Shown: in pieces, positions 16,860-27,800 of the stretch
Layout of the letters: every line of letters starts with the position of its first letter
Position numbering within the stretch: the first letter of the stretch is position 1
DNA from: a virus
Taxonomy: Duplodnaviria > Caudoviricetes
Virus record (IMG/VR): IMGVR_UViG_3300027656_000007
Location: 8,702-72,701 of that record
Reading direction: 5' to 3' (one strand)
Length of the DNA: 64,000 nt
Made by a program: the position numbers and the translations under genes
Notes under the pieces: generated by a model
Told to the model about the DNA's origin: nothing
Databases searched by the model: none
Seen by the model: only the letters and a program-made list of their open reading frames with translations

Positions 16860-17711
16860 ATGGGTCGTCCTTTAAAAATAGCAAAAAATTCACCTATGTC
16901 TGGAATCTTTTATGATCCCAGCAATCAAGGCACAACAGCACAATCTGTGCCAGTTGACATAGGTTATCCTCCATTTGCCGCACCAACCAGCATGGACACA
17001 AACACAGTAGTTCTACCATCTCCTGCATCAACAACAGTGCCATTCACAGGTGTGGTGGGCGGCGCTCAAATTATTAGTTCACCAAGCGCAAGTTACCCAG
17101 TGGTCAGTTGCCAAGTAAACATTGCACTACCAGATGGAACAGGTGCAGGTGTTGCTACAGGTCAAATCATACGTCAAAAAGGTTCTCACAAATTCTTAGT
17201 GGTTGACAGTACTGTTCTTAATGATGAAGAATTTGTAGTTGGCGCAAGTTATATGATTCTCACATTGGATACCACAAACTGGCAACAAATGGGTGCTCCA
17301 GTTGGTGCCATAGCAGGTACAATTTTCACTTGCACAGCAGTTTGTGCTAATCCACAAAACGGTACTGGTTTGTTGGTTGGAAATTGTGTACTCACAGACA
17401 GTAACACTCCAACAGTGGGCAACATGAGTATTGCCATGGCAGTAGGCGGCGACAGTACAGAAGTGTATATCAGCAAGCTGACCAACAAATTTGCACAAGA
17501 CTTCAACGGTGGTGCCACAGGCGGCAATGCCGATTCTGGAGATGTTTGGAATCCTGGTCAAGTCGTCAATGACATTGAGTATGTGGCCAACTTCTTCACA
17601 GACGAAAGCACATTTACCAAGAGTGGTGCCGAAACAGCAACCTGGGCTGGCACAGCACAAAACAGCAATGGCACACTGGGCCTTGCTCAAGTTGAAAAAA
17701 TTACATCTTAA
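16860..17711 (+). CDS. Hypothetical virion structural protein
   Basis: Late promoter, strong SD AAGGAG, own terminator, beta-rich Thr/Gly composition. Confidence 0.6.
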   Translation: MGRPLKIAKNSPMSGIFYDPSNQGTTAQSVPVDIGYPPFAAPTSMDTNTVVLPSPASTTVPFTGVVGGAQIISSPSASYPVVSCQVNIALPDGTGAGVATGQIIRQKGSHKFLVVDSTVLNDEEFVVGASYMILTLDTTNWQQMGAPVGAIAGTIFTCTAVCANPQNGTGLLVGNCVLTDSNTPTVGNMSIAMAVGGDSTEVYISKLTNKFAQDFNGGATGGNADSGDVWNPGQVVNDIEYVANFFTDESTFTKSGAETATWAGTAQNSNGTLGLAQVEKITS

Positions 17712-17723
17712 TTTGACACTTGC

Positions 17724-17756
17724 AATCCCCACGGTTAAATATCGTGGGGATTTTTT
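17724..17756 (+). terminator. Terminator with a late promoter inside its loop
   Basis: AATCCCCACG/CGTGGGGATT 10-bp stem plus T-tract; loop GTTAAATAT contains TAAATA. Confidence 0.8.
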
Positions 17757-18344
17757 ATGACTGTGGCATTTGTGTTGGGAAACGGCGTCAGCAGAGCTGG
17801 ACTTCCGTTAGAACAGATTCAAAAACTAGGAAAAATATACGGGTGCAATGCTCTTTACAGAGAGTTTGTACCTGATGTTCTTGTGGCCTGCGATCGCCCC
17901 ATTGCTACACAGATACAAGAAACCGGTTATTCAGCACAGCACACATTCTACACAAGAAAACCCATTGCTGGCCTGGGTGCGCTGGCTTTACCGCCTCAGT
18001 ATTATGGGTTTAGTTCGGGACCAAACGCAGCGGGACTGGCAGCATTGGCCAATCATGCTAGGATTTATCTGTTAGGGTTTGACATGGGTCCTACCAGTAA
18101 CAATCAATTCAATAATGTGTATGCTGGAACTGAGTTCTACAAATCTCCTGATGCCCGGCCCACATTTACAGGAAATTGGGTAAAACAGCTAACAACCATT
18201 GCAAAAGATTTCCCAGCTGTAGAGTTTGTTCGAGTATGCGGCCCAACCACTGCACCTTTGCCTGAATTGGAAAAACTTATCAATGTACAACACGAGGATT
18301 TGGCCACCTTTGTAATGCGGATAAATAATCAAAAGGACCTCTAA
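17757..18344 (+). CDS. Hypothetical protein, DUF115/sialyltransferase-like Rossmannoid fold
   Basis: AFVLGNGVSR, YGCNALYR, DVLVACD, IYLLGFDM. Confidence 0.5.
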   Translation: MTVAFVLGNGVSRAGLPLEQIQKLGKIYGCNALYREFVPDVLVACDRPIATQIQETGYSAQHTFYTRKPIAGLGALALPPQYYGFSSGPNAAGLAALANHARIYLLGFDMGPTSNNQFNNVYAGTEFYKSPDARPTFTGNWVKQLTTIAKDFPAVEFVRVCGPTTAPLPELEKLINVQHEDLATFVMRINNQKDL

Positions 18345-18956
18345 ATGGCTACAGTAAAAAATACCAGCGACAACTACACCATCACAGTGGCCAACGGCGT
18401 TGGTCTAATGACCATCAATGCAAACCTTGATGTAGTTGGCAATATCACTTATATTGATTCAAGTGAACTACGTGTGACTGATCCGTTCATCACAGTGGCC
18501 TACGAAAACAACGGTGCTATACAAAGCATGGGATTGGTGGCTCAAAAAACAACCACAACCTGGGCAGGCCTACGTTTCAACACTGTCAGCAGCGATTGGG
18601 AAATTAGTGACAGTGTTGATGCTGAAGGTGCACCAATATCGCCCTATGTACCAATTGCCAGTGGCAATGTAACTACTAATCCTGGGCTTCCTGCCAATTC
18701 AATACAGTTCAATCAGGCCAATGCATTTGCTGGCAACAGTGCATTTACTTTTGATGTTGCCAATGCCAAAGTCAACATCACTGGTCAAATAGTGTACGGA
18801 AACATAGTGACTGCACCAGCAGCAACAGCCAATGCAGTTGCGCTGTATCACAACGCCGAAGGCACCGGTGGTACTGGGTTATATTTTAAATCCACTACGG
18901 AACAGGATGAACTGATAAGCAAATCCAAGGCAATCGTTTTTAGTCTTATATTTTAA
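18345..18956 (+). CDS. Putative virion structural (fibre/baseplate-associated) protein
   Basis: ATAAATA at 18321-18327, SD AAAGGA; DPFIT segment resembles fibre N-terminal modules. Confidence 0.55.
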   Translation: MATVKNTSDNYTITVANGVGLMTINANLDVVGNITYIDSSELRVTDPFITVAYENNGAIQSMGLVAQKTTTTWAGLRFNTVSSDWEISDSVDAEGAPISPYVPIASGNVTTNPGLPANSIQFNQANAFAGNSAFTFDVANAKVNITGQIVYGNIVTAPAATANAVALYHNAEGTGGTGLYFKSTTEQDELISKSKAIVFSLIF

Positions 18957-18964
18957 GGAACAGT

Positions 18965-19282
18965 ATGGCAATCACCAATACACGATTAACAACCACAGCT
19001 CCAACCACAGTGTTTGAAGCAGTTGGTCAACAAGCAATCACCACAATATATCTTTGTAACACCACTGGTTCAACAGTGTCATTCAATCTGTTTATCATTG
19101 ACAGCGGCGACAGCACTGGCGCCGGCAATAATAATATGGTCTATTCTCTTATAGAACTCACAGCCAACGACAGTTATGTTGTATCCACTGAACGACTGGT
19201 ACTGAGCAACGGTGACCTAATAGATGTTGAGGCCAACGTAGCAAATTGCGTTACAGTAACAGTCAGTTCAATCGCAGTGTAA
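18965..19282 (+). CDS. Small putative structural protein
   Basis: 105-aa beta-rich protein, SD AAGGA. Confidence 0.55.
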   Translation: MAITNTRLTTTAPTTVFEAVGQQAITTIYLCNTTGSTVSFNLFIIDSGDSTGAGNNNMVYSLIELTANDSYVVSTERLVLSNGDLIDVEANVANCVTVTVSSIAV

Positions 19283-19283
19283 C

Positions 19284-19682
19284 ATGGGCAATTGGATCAA
19301 AAATCGTCTGCTTGACTCTGGCAGTACATCTGTGGTAATGCCAACAGGATCGTCAGCCACACGGCCGGACGCACCTGTGTTTGGGCAATTTCGATTCAAC
19401 ACCGACATAGGATTGATTGAATTTTACAACGGTGCTGTTTGGCAGTCAGTGTCTGCCGGAGGGTCAATTGCGTATACGGTTGACAACTTTGTGGGCAACG
19501 GAACAACCACAGTGTTCACCATGTCAGTACCAGAAGCTACAGCCCAACAGATCATTGTGTTTGTTGGTAGTGTGTATCAAATACCTGTTACCAACTACAC
19601 TGTCAACGGCGGATTTGACATCACATTCACCAGTGCTCCACCGTCGAACCTTCCAATCAACGTGATTCACAGCACAACTTGA
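19284..19682 (+). CDS. Putative structural protein
   Basis: MPTGSSATRP...GQFRFNT....EFYNG..W module, also found in the 738-aa and 2164-aa fibres. Confidence 0.6.
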   Translation: MGNWIKNRLLDSGSTSVVMPTGSSATRPDAPVFGQFRFNTDIGLIEFYNGAVWQSVSAGGSIAYTVDNFVGNGTTTVFTMSVPEATAQQIIVFVGSVYQIPVTNYTVNGGFDITFTSAPPSNLPINVIHSTT

Positions 19683-19721
19683 TTGTTTTCTATCAACTAA
19701 ATACCCTACAAGGGAAGATCG

Positions 19722-21779
19722 ATGGCTATTAGTAAAATTGCAGGACAGATGTTAAAGGACAATCTCGAAAGAGATGGTGCCAACCTGGCAATTTCAGATA
19801 CCTCAGCAGATACTCCAGTCATCTTTGTTGACATTGTCAACGGTAGAGTTGGCATTAACAAAAACACACCAGTACAAGCACTGGACATAAACGGTAATAT
19901 TTCAGTCTCCGATATTTCATCTGCCGCAATAAGCGCCAGTGGCAATGTCACTGGCAACGGAGTAACACTGTCAGCCAACGCTATTTCTGCTGCCAGTGGC
20001 AAGCTGGCATTGGGTACTATTGCCAACATTACAATCACCGGCGGCGCATTAAATTACTTGGTGACCACAGACGGCACTGGAAACTTGTCATTCAAATCAG
20101 CAGGCGAAGTTGGTGTCGTGGGCAATGTTATTCCAATGGGAACCAACACCTTAGGCAATCTTGTCAGCAACGCTGTTACATTGACCACAACTACCACTGT
20201 AACTGATGGTATCACTCAATTAAACACTGTGTTGGGAAAATTAGTACCACCAGCACCTGCCAATTTTCCCGGCGGACAGACACTGTCAATATCAGGTGTA
20301 GCCACATATCGAATGGCCAACATCACACAGGTGGACAACACGCCAGCTGCCAATAAATCTGTTGCAGCCGGCGCCACTGTTACTACGGTGCTTCGTGCTG
20401 CCACCTATTCAACCAACACTATCAGCACAGTTGGCCCAGGCGATTCTGGTGTAATCACTGCTGTGCGTAACGGAGCCGCAGTAGGCAATGTGACCTTGAA
20501 CACCGGCGCTACACCCACTGCCAACGGTACTTACGGCGGCAACTTGGTAATAACCAATAACTTTGACTACCGCAATGCCAACGCAAATATTGCCGCCGGA
20601 TTCTGGTATGTGTTTTCGTCTGCTGTTTCGGGCACTGCTGCTTTGGCTGGATGGAACGAAGTTTACATAGCCGATTCTGCTGTAGGCAATACCAACACTC
20701 CAGTATGGTACTATGATAACAGCAGCCCTGCCACTCCCAGTTTTAGCGGCAGCACTATGACACCTCCGGGTTCGCCTACACTGTTATACAGCAGTACTGT
20801 TCCGCACTATACCAATGCTACCCAATTTGCAATCAGCGCCAACGTGGCCAACATCAGCGGCAATACTTACCCAACGTCAAACACACTGGCATCTGGTTCA
20901 GCTGCTGGCAGCTTTGCAGCCCCGGCATCAGTTACGTACAATGCCAGCAATATTGGCAGCAACGTGCTGGGAAGTTTTGCAAGTGCATCATTTTCAACCA
21001 CTGCCAATGTGACCACTGGTTTTGGCGGCAGTTCAACCGGTCCGAGTATGAGTGTCAACAACAGCTACAGTACAGGTACGTTGACATTGACCACAGCATT
21101 GGGCAATACGGTATTGTATAAATCAGGTTCTGCTGTTGCTGTCGACGAAGGCAACATTGTGGTCACCAGTGTTGGTACTGGATCAGGCAATGCTGTTCGT
21201 ATCATAAATCCTGGTTCCGGAAACACTCCAGTGTACACTGGCAGCGAAGCAAATTTTAACAGCCAAAGTTCAACTCTAGAAACTTATGATGCCACTGTAG
21301 TGGGCACTGGATCTCAGGGCGTACTCAAACACGATCAAACCAACTATGCCACTGGCTACTTGCCTGCTGGGCCCAATCTAAGTGCAAGTCGTTCTGGCAC
21401 ACAGTATTTCACTATCAAGTTTGTGAGAACCGATGTCAGTAAGTTTGACATTACCTATGCCGGCAATGTGGCTGGTATGTGGGTAGCATTGCCAGGATCG
21501 GCAATTGATTCCAGTTCTGGTGCCAATGGATGGATCGACATGACCACTGCATATGCTGGTAGTGGTTATCCGGGCATCAACGCACCTGGCAATGGATCTG
21601 ATGGTTGCAGTTTAGGCGGTGTAGTGGTTCCAAACGTCTCCACAACCAGTGTTAGCAAGACCTGTACTTTTGGTACAGTATCCAGTTCGACCACTGCCAC
21701 TGGAGAAATCTATGTGAGAATAGCACTCACATCCGGCCAATCAGTAACTGGTCTATCATTCAAAGCAGCGAGTAACTGA
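19722..21779 (+). CDS. Large virion structural/fibre protein
   Basis: 685 aa, Thr/Ser/Gly/Asn-rich; TAAATA at 19698-19703. Confidence 0.65.
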   Translation: MAISKIAGQMLKDNLERDGANLAISDTSADTPVIFVDIVNGRVGINKNTPVQALDINGNISVSDISSAAISASGNVTGNGVTLSANAISAASGKLALGTIANITITGGALNYLVTTDGTGNLSFKSAGEVGVVGNVIPMGTNTLGNLVSNAVTLTTTTTVTDGITQLNTVLGKLVPPAPANFPGGQTLSISGVATYRMANITQVDNTPAANKSVAAGATVTTVLRAATYSTNTISTVGPGDSGVITAVRNGAAVGNVTLNTGATPTANGTYGGNLVITNNFDYRNANANIAAGFWYVFSSAVSGTAALAGWNEVYIADSAVGNTNTPVWYYDNSSPATPSFSGSTMTPPGSPTLLYSSTVPHYTNATQFAISANVANISGNTYPTSNTLASGSAAGSFAAPASVTYNASNIGSNVLGSFASASFSTTANVTTGFGGSSTGPSMSVNNSYSTGTLTLTTALGNTVLYKSGSAVAVDEGNIVVTSVGTGSGNAVRIINPGSGNTPVYTGSEANFNSQSSTLETYDATVVGTGSQGVLKHDQTNYATGYLPAGPNLSASRSGTQYFTIKFVRTDVSKFDITYAGNVAGMWVALPGSAIDSSSGANGWIDMTTAYAGSGYPGINAPGNGSDGCSLGGVVVPNVSTTSVSKTCTFGTVSSSTTATGEIYVRIALTSGQSVTGLSFKAASN

Positions 21780-23995
21780 TGGCCATTTCAATCGCACAAT
21801 ATGTTGACTTACTGTTTAAGAAACTGCAAGGTGTTGCAAAAACTGCCAATGCCGCAACTAAGAGTGCGTCAAACGAAAGTATAGCATCACCAGCATTTCT
21901 ACGTGGCGATATTGTATGGATGCAAGCTGACCAAATCACTGCGACCGCCGGTGCAATTGCTGGAATTAGTAATGCCCGTGTAAACTCAAATTCTGTACAG
22001 TGTTCGGCAGACACCACTGTACCACCGGTAGGCGGCATACGTCCCACTTGGTTATCAAATGTGTCATACTGGATTCCTCAAGAATTTGGGTCTACATGGT
22101 TGCCAAAAGTCTATGTGGGACCCACAAGTGCTGCTAACATTCAAGCAACTGGCACACAGATATTCTCTGCCGGTATTGGCGGAGTAGGCGAATACTATTT
22201 TGATACACAGGCCGGTGTACTGAACTTCATCGGTGAAACCATCCCCACAGTGTTGACAGCAGGCAATGTAGTTTATATTTCGGGCTATGAGTATGTAGGT
22301 GCTATTGGTGTCACCAACAACCCAGGTAATGTGACAATTGGCAATTTAACTGTAGCCAATACCACTGTATCCACTGCGTTAGCCGACGGCAACATTACCC
22401 TGACTGCCACTGGCAACGGATTGGTTGCTGTAACCGGTGTGAGCGGTCTAACTATACCGTCGGGCAATACAAACCAACGCCCAACAAGCCCAGCCACTGG
22501 CACAGTTAGATTCAACACTCTTACACAAAATTTAGAAACTTACACCGGCAACAGCTGGGCCGCAGCCAGCAGTGGTGGTAACTCATTTACAATTACCAAT
22601 CAAACAATTATTCCGGATGGCAACAGCTTGGTTTACCCGCTGAATCAGACTGCAACTTCTTCTAGTGTGCTGTTGACCATTAACGGTGTTAATCAAACTC
22701 CAGACATGGACTATTCTGTGGTTGGTAATATACTGACAATGTCTACGGTGCCGGAAGATTCTGACTGGATCCAAGTGAGATTCTTGTCTGGAATTACTAC
22801 CACTACTGTCATCACAAACAGTGCTGGAAATGCTGTGGTATCGGTGTCCAACTCAGGTAATATTGATCTGCAACCGAGTCCTGCCCACGTGGTCAATGTG
22901 GATGGAAACATTGTGGCTGATTACTTTATTGGCAACGGTAGTCAACTGACTGGTATTACAGCAATATCAAGTTATGGCAACGCCAATGTGGCAGCTAACT
23001 TGGCAGCATTTGGATCAAATCCTATATCAACCACAGGTAATGTCACTGCGGGCTATTTTCTCGGTGATGGATCACAATTAACCGGATTACAAAGTGTTGT
23101 AGGTGCAACAGGTGCAACAGGTGCAACAGGTGCAACTGGCGTTGGCGTAACTGGCGCAACTGGAGCAACTGGTATAGTTGGTGCCACTGGCGTAATTGGC
23201 GCAACTGGAGCCACTGGTGTTACAGGTGCCACTGGCGTAATTGGCGCAACTGGTGTTACAGGTGCTACTGGTGTTACAGGTGCAACAGGCGCAAGAATTT
23301 ACACTGTGACAGCCAGTGGCTTTAGTGCATATGTAATTGATGGCGCAAATGATCCAACATTAAATTTACTGCGCGGATTCACATATGCATTCGATGTGAA
23401 TGCAACTGGACACCCTTTCTGGATTCAAACAGTTGCTGCCCCATACAGTTCTGGAAACGTGTACAATACTGGAGTAACCAATAATGGAGCTCAAGTTGGT
23501 ACAATAATATTTGCTGTGCCATATAATGCTCCAAGTACATTGTACTATGTTTGCCAGAATCATGCAGCCATGACAGGCACTATCAATATTACTGATGTTG
23601 GTCCAGCAGGTGCCACAGGATCCACTGGGCCAACAGGTGCTACTGGTGTTACAGGTGCCACTGGTGTTGCCAACTTATCTATTGAGGATACTGCCGCTAA
23701 TTACGATTACTTTATTGCTATGTCCTCTGCATCTACTGGTGCAGTCAATACCTTGTACGTGGACAATCCTGGTCTTAGATACAATCCCAGTACAGGTAAC
23801 TTGCAGACCACTGGTAATATTACAGGCAACTATTTCATTGGCAACGGTAGTCAGCTGACTGGAATAACTTCGAGCAGCAGCGGCGGAAACCTCTGGATAG
23901 TTGGCAGAGTGGCAACGTATTATACACCAATTATAAATGGCATATTGAGTATAGTTGGCCGTACTGGAAATATATCGGTACCAATTAATACATAA
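21779..23995 (+). CDS. Fibre protein with collagen-like Gly-X-Thr repeats and a cupredoxin-like domain
   Basis: (GAT/GVT)n tracts flank a NDPTLNLLRGFTYAF...GHPF...YYVCQNHAAM domain. Confidence 0.7.
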   Translation: MAISIAQYVDLLFKKLQGVAKTANAATKSASNESIASPAFLRGDIVWMQADQITATAGAIAGISNARVNSNSVQCSADTTVPPVGGIRPTWLSNVSYWIPQEFGSTWLPKVYVGPTSAANIQATGTQIFSAGIGGVGEYYFDTQAGVLNFIGETIPTVLTAGNVVYISGYEYVGAIGVTNNPGNVTIGNLTVANTTVSTALADGNITLTATGNGLVAVTGVSGLTIPSGNTNQRPTSPATGTVRFNTLTQNLETYTGNSWAAASSGGNSFTITNQTIIPDGNSLVYPLNQTATSSSVLLTINGVNQTPDMDYSVVGNILTMSTVPEDSDWIQVRFLSGITTTTVITNSAGNAVVSVSNSGNIDLQPSPAHVVNVDGNIVADYFIGNGSQLTGITAISSYGNANVAANLAAFGSNPISTTGNVTAGYFLGDGSQLTGLQSVVGATGATGATGATGVGVTGATGATGIVGATGVIGATGATGVTGATGVIGATGVTGATGVTGATGARIYTVTASGFSAYVIDGANDPTLNLLRGFTYAFDVNATGHPFWIQTVAAPYSSGNVYNTGVTNNGAQVGTIIFAVPYNAPSTLYYVCQNHAAMTGTINITDVGPAGATGSTGPTGATGVTGATGVANLSIEDTAANYDYFIAMSSASTGAVNTLYVDNPGLRYNPSTGNLQTTGNITGNYFIGNGSQLTGITSSSSGGNLWIVGRVATYYTPIINGILSIVGRTGNISVPINT
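23098..23290 (+). repeat. Collagen-like Gly-X-Thr repeats (second tract at about 23600-23670)
   Basis: GATGATGATGVGVTGATGATG...; GGTGCAACA 9-mers. Confidence 0.85.
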
Positions 23996-24015
23996 ATATG
24001 TGACAGGAATATAAC

Positions 24016-24672
24016 ATGGCCAATCGTTTTCCGTTAATCGTTAACACAGCAAGTGGAAATAGCGTCCAAGAACTCCCTTCAGGCGATTTTTTAGATTTGA
24101 GCAACAGTGGAATCGCTAACAGCGGTAATATCACACTGAATGCCAGTAGTTATTTTATTGGTAATGGTAGCCAGTTAACTGACGTAGTGTCTAGCTACGG
24201 CAACGCCAATGTCACAACATTGTTGTCCAATCTGGGTAGTAATGCAATCAGTACCACAGGCAACATAGCAGCAGCAAACTTCAATTCAACATCAGCTGAC
24301 TTGGCAGAAAAATACACCAGTGATCAAGCCTATCCGCCTGGAACTGTGTTGGTGTTTGGCGGCACTAGTCAAGTCACTGCTTGTGTCAACTCCGAAGACC
24401 ATCGTGCTGCTGGAGTAGTGAGTACGCTGCCTGCATATCTAATGAATACTGAATTGCCCGATGTCACAGTTGCAATGGCCTTGGCCGGACAGGTGCCCTG
24501 TCGTGTGGTGGGACCAGTATCAAAAGGCGATGTGTTGACCACATCAACAGTTGCCGGACATGCTAAAACATTGGATTTTTCTCTGTTCCGACCCGGCTGT
24601 GTGATTGGAAAAGCACTGGAAGATTGTGGTCCAGGTCTGCACAAAATACTAGTATTTGTCTCACACGGATGA
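24016..24672 (+). CDS. Short fibre-like protein with C-terminal ADLAE module (peptidase G2/chaperone-like)
   Basis: SADLAEKY...GTVLVFGG...GVVST.P...MALAGQVPCRV.GPV.KGD...IGKALE. Confidence 0.65.
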   Translation: MANRFPLIVNTASGNSVQELPSGDFLDLSNSGIANSGNITLNASSYFIGNGSQLTDVVSSYGNANVTTLLSNLGSNAISTTGNIAAANFNSTSADLAEKYTSDQAYPPGTVLVFGGTSQVTACVNSEDHRAAGVVSTLPAYLMNTELPDVTVAMALAGQVPCRVVGPVSKGDVLTTSTVAGHAKTLDFSLFRPGCVIGKALEDCGPGLHKILVFVSHG

Positions 24673-24873
24673 CCAAAATCTCTGTGTGATGCTGGATCTT
24701 TTGACCAGTTTGATAAATATCAGCACAATCTAACAGCAATCCCCCACAAATTTTTTTCACACTGAAAAGTGAACTGCTCAGTGTGTATTCTCACGGTTTC
24801 GGTAAATAACGTGTAATTTCAAATCCACGGCATGGGTGCCAGTGGATTTAACAAATAAAAAAAGGGGAAACAC

Positions 24874-27800
24874 ATGGCTGTGACCAGAATTAAGAATAAT
24901 CAGATAACTGACGCAACGATTGTTGCCAGTACAAAGCTAGTTGATTATTCGATCACTGCGGGAAAAATCGCAAACAATTTGACCTATGGATCAAATCTGA
25001 CAGTGCAGGGCAACCTGACAGTACAGGGTAACTCCACTGCAATCGACACCAACATCACCACAATTGAAGATCCAGTTATTTTGCTGGCTTCCACACAGAC
25101 TGGTTCACCATCGGTTGACATTGGTTTTATTGGTCAACGCGGTACCTCAGAGAACATTGCTTTTGTCTGGGACGAAAGCGACGACGTGTTTGTAACAGCA
25201 TTTACCAACACTGCTGAATCCAATACCACTATTGCTATTACATCATTGGCCAGTTTCAAGACATTGAATGCCAATGTAACTGGCAACTTGAGTGTGACTG
25301 CACAGAGTAATATTGCCAACTTGACAGTGGCTGCCAACTCCGTGGTGAGTTTTGGCAATAGTGTTATTTCCAATGTGGGCGAGCCAATAGCAAACCAAGA
25401 CGCAGCCACCAAGTACTATGTTGACAACATAAGTGGCAACGCAGGTTTCTTCATCACTGCCGGAAACGTCACTGAAACTATTACCCCAGGCGACGACATT
25501 GTCTTTGCAGGTACAGCCAATCAAACAACAGTGGTTCTGGCCAACATAGACGGCAACTCCAGCAGCTTGACATTTGGCTTGGCCAACAATGTTTCAGTGG
25601 TTGCCAACGTCACAGTGGGCAACATCTTGACAGTGTCAGGAACAGTCAACAGCAACTTGGTTCCAACCACAACAGCAACTTATAACTTAGGTTCTGCAAG
25701 CAACACCTGGAAAGATCTATACCTTGCTGGCAACAGTATCTATATTGATATACAAAGTATCCGCGCCAATGCTGACGGCATTCAAATTTCTAACACCGTT
25801 AGTGCTGGTAACTTTACCACAGTGGGCAATGTCAGTGCAACTGGCAACGTAATAGCCGGCAATATTACCACAGGCGGCAATGCCAGTGTAACAGGCAACG
25901 TTACCGGTGGCAACATCACCACAGCTGGCGTAGTTAGCGTGACTGGAACAGCCACACTGGGTAACGTGGCCTCAGGCGGCACACTCAGTGCTGTAGGTAA
26001 TGTAACAGGTGGCAACTTTAAAACTACCGGATTAATTTCAGCAACAGGCGACGTCAATGGCGGCAATGTTTACAGTGGCGGCGAAGTAAGTATTGTAGGC
26101 AATGTTACCGGTGGTAACATTGCCACAGCAGGTACAGCAGCAGCGGCAGTTCTAAGTGCTTCTGGCAACATCACTGGTGGCAACATCACTAGTGCTGGTA
26201 CAGCAAATCTGACAACTATTCAGTCAACCACAATTAGTGCAAGTGGCACAGCTACCTTGGGCAACGTGTCCACAGCAGGCACAGTAAGTGCCGCAGGAAC
26301 AGCTACCTTGGGCAACCTGGCTACAACTGGTACAATCAGTTCAACTGGCACGGCCACATTAGGAAACATAGACACTGGTGGCACAATCAGTGCTATTGGC
26401 AACTTGACTGCTGGCAATATTGCCACAGCAGGTACGTTCCAAGCACAAAGTCTAAGTGCTACAGGTAATATCACTGGTGGCAACATCACTAGTGCTGGCA
26501 TAGCAAACCTAACAACTATTCAGTCAGCCACAATCAGTGCAAGTGGCACAGCCACAGTGGGCAACGTGGCTACAACTGGTACAATCAGTTCAACTGGCAC
26601 AGCTACTTTGGGCAACGTGGCCACAGCAGGCACTGTAAGTGCAACTGGCACAGCTACTTTGGGCAACGTGGCCACCGGTGGTACTATAAGTGCTGTTGGT
26701 AACTTGGCAGCTGGCAATATTGCCACAGCAGGTACGTTCCAAGCAGCAAGTCTAAGTGCTACAGGTAACATCACTGGTGGTAATATCACCACCGCAGGTA
26801 TAGCCAGTTTAACAACTGTTGAAAGTACAACAGTTAGTGCCACAGGCACAGTCACAGCAGGTAATGTAGCCACTGGCGGCACAGTAAGTGCTGCAGGTAC
26901 AGCCACAGTAGGAAATGTCAGCACAGCAGGCGCAGTCAGTGCTGTAGGTACTGTAACTGCTGGTAATGTTAGTACAGGCGGATCGGTCAGTGCAACAGGT
27001 AATGTAAGTGGTGCCAACGTAGCAACTGGCAACATCACTGCAACAGGTACAACAAGTGTCACAGGCAACATCACTGGTGGCAATTTTATTACAACCGGCG
27101 TGGTAAGTGCAACAGGCGGTGTTGCAGCAGGCAATTCTACTGTTACTGGCACACTCAGTGTCACAGGCACAGCCACAGTGGGCAATGTGGCCACAGCAGG
27201 CACTGTAAGTGCAACTGGCACAGGTACATTTGGCAATGTGAACACAGGTGGCAATGTCAGTGCAACTGGTATAGTCACTGGTGGCCTAACAGCTACATTT
27301 GGTAATGTAAACACTGCTGGCAGAATCAGTGCTACAGGCAACATTTCCGGTGGAAATATCATAGTCACTGGCGAAATTCAGTCAGGCACCATAACAATCA
27401 GATCTACCACTGCCAACTCTGGCATTGACCTGTTCACAAACGGCACAGGTAACATCAATGTCAACACAAACTGGATCAACAATGTTAAAGATCCTCTGCA
27501 AGCACAGGATGCTGCAACCAAGAGTTATGTTGATTCGGTAGTAGAAGGCCTGGATCCAAAAGCATCTGTACACGTGGCCACATACACTGCACTGCCCAGT
27601 TACACATACAACAACGGCACAGCCGGTGTAGGTGCAACATTGACAGCTACAGCAGTTGGTAACTTGATCATCGACGGCGACTTAGTTCAAAATGGTCAGC
27701 GAGTTTTGGTCAAGAATGAAGGCGTTAATGCAGCCTACAACGGTATCTATGTTGTGACCACAGCAGGTGCTACTGCTACAGCATATGTGTTGACTCGTGC

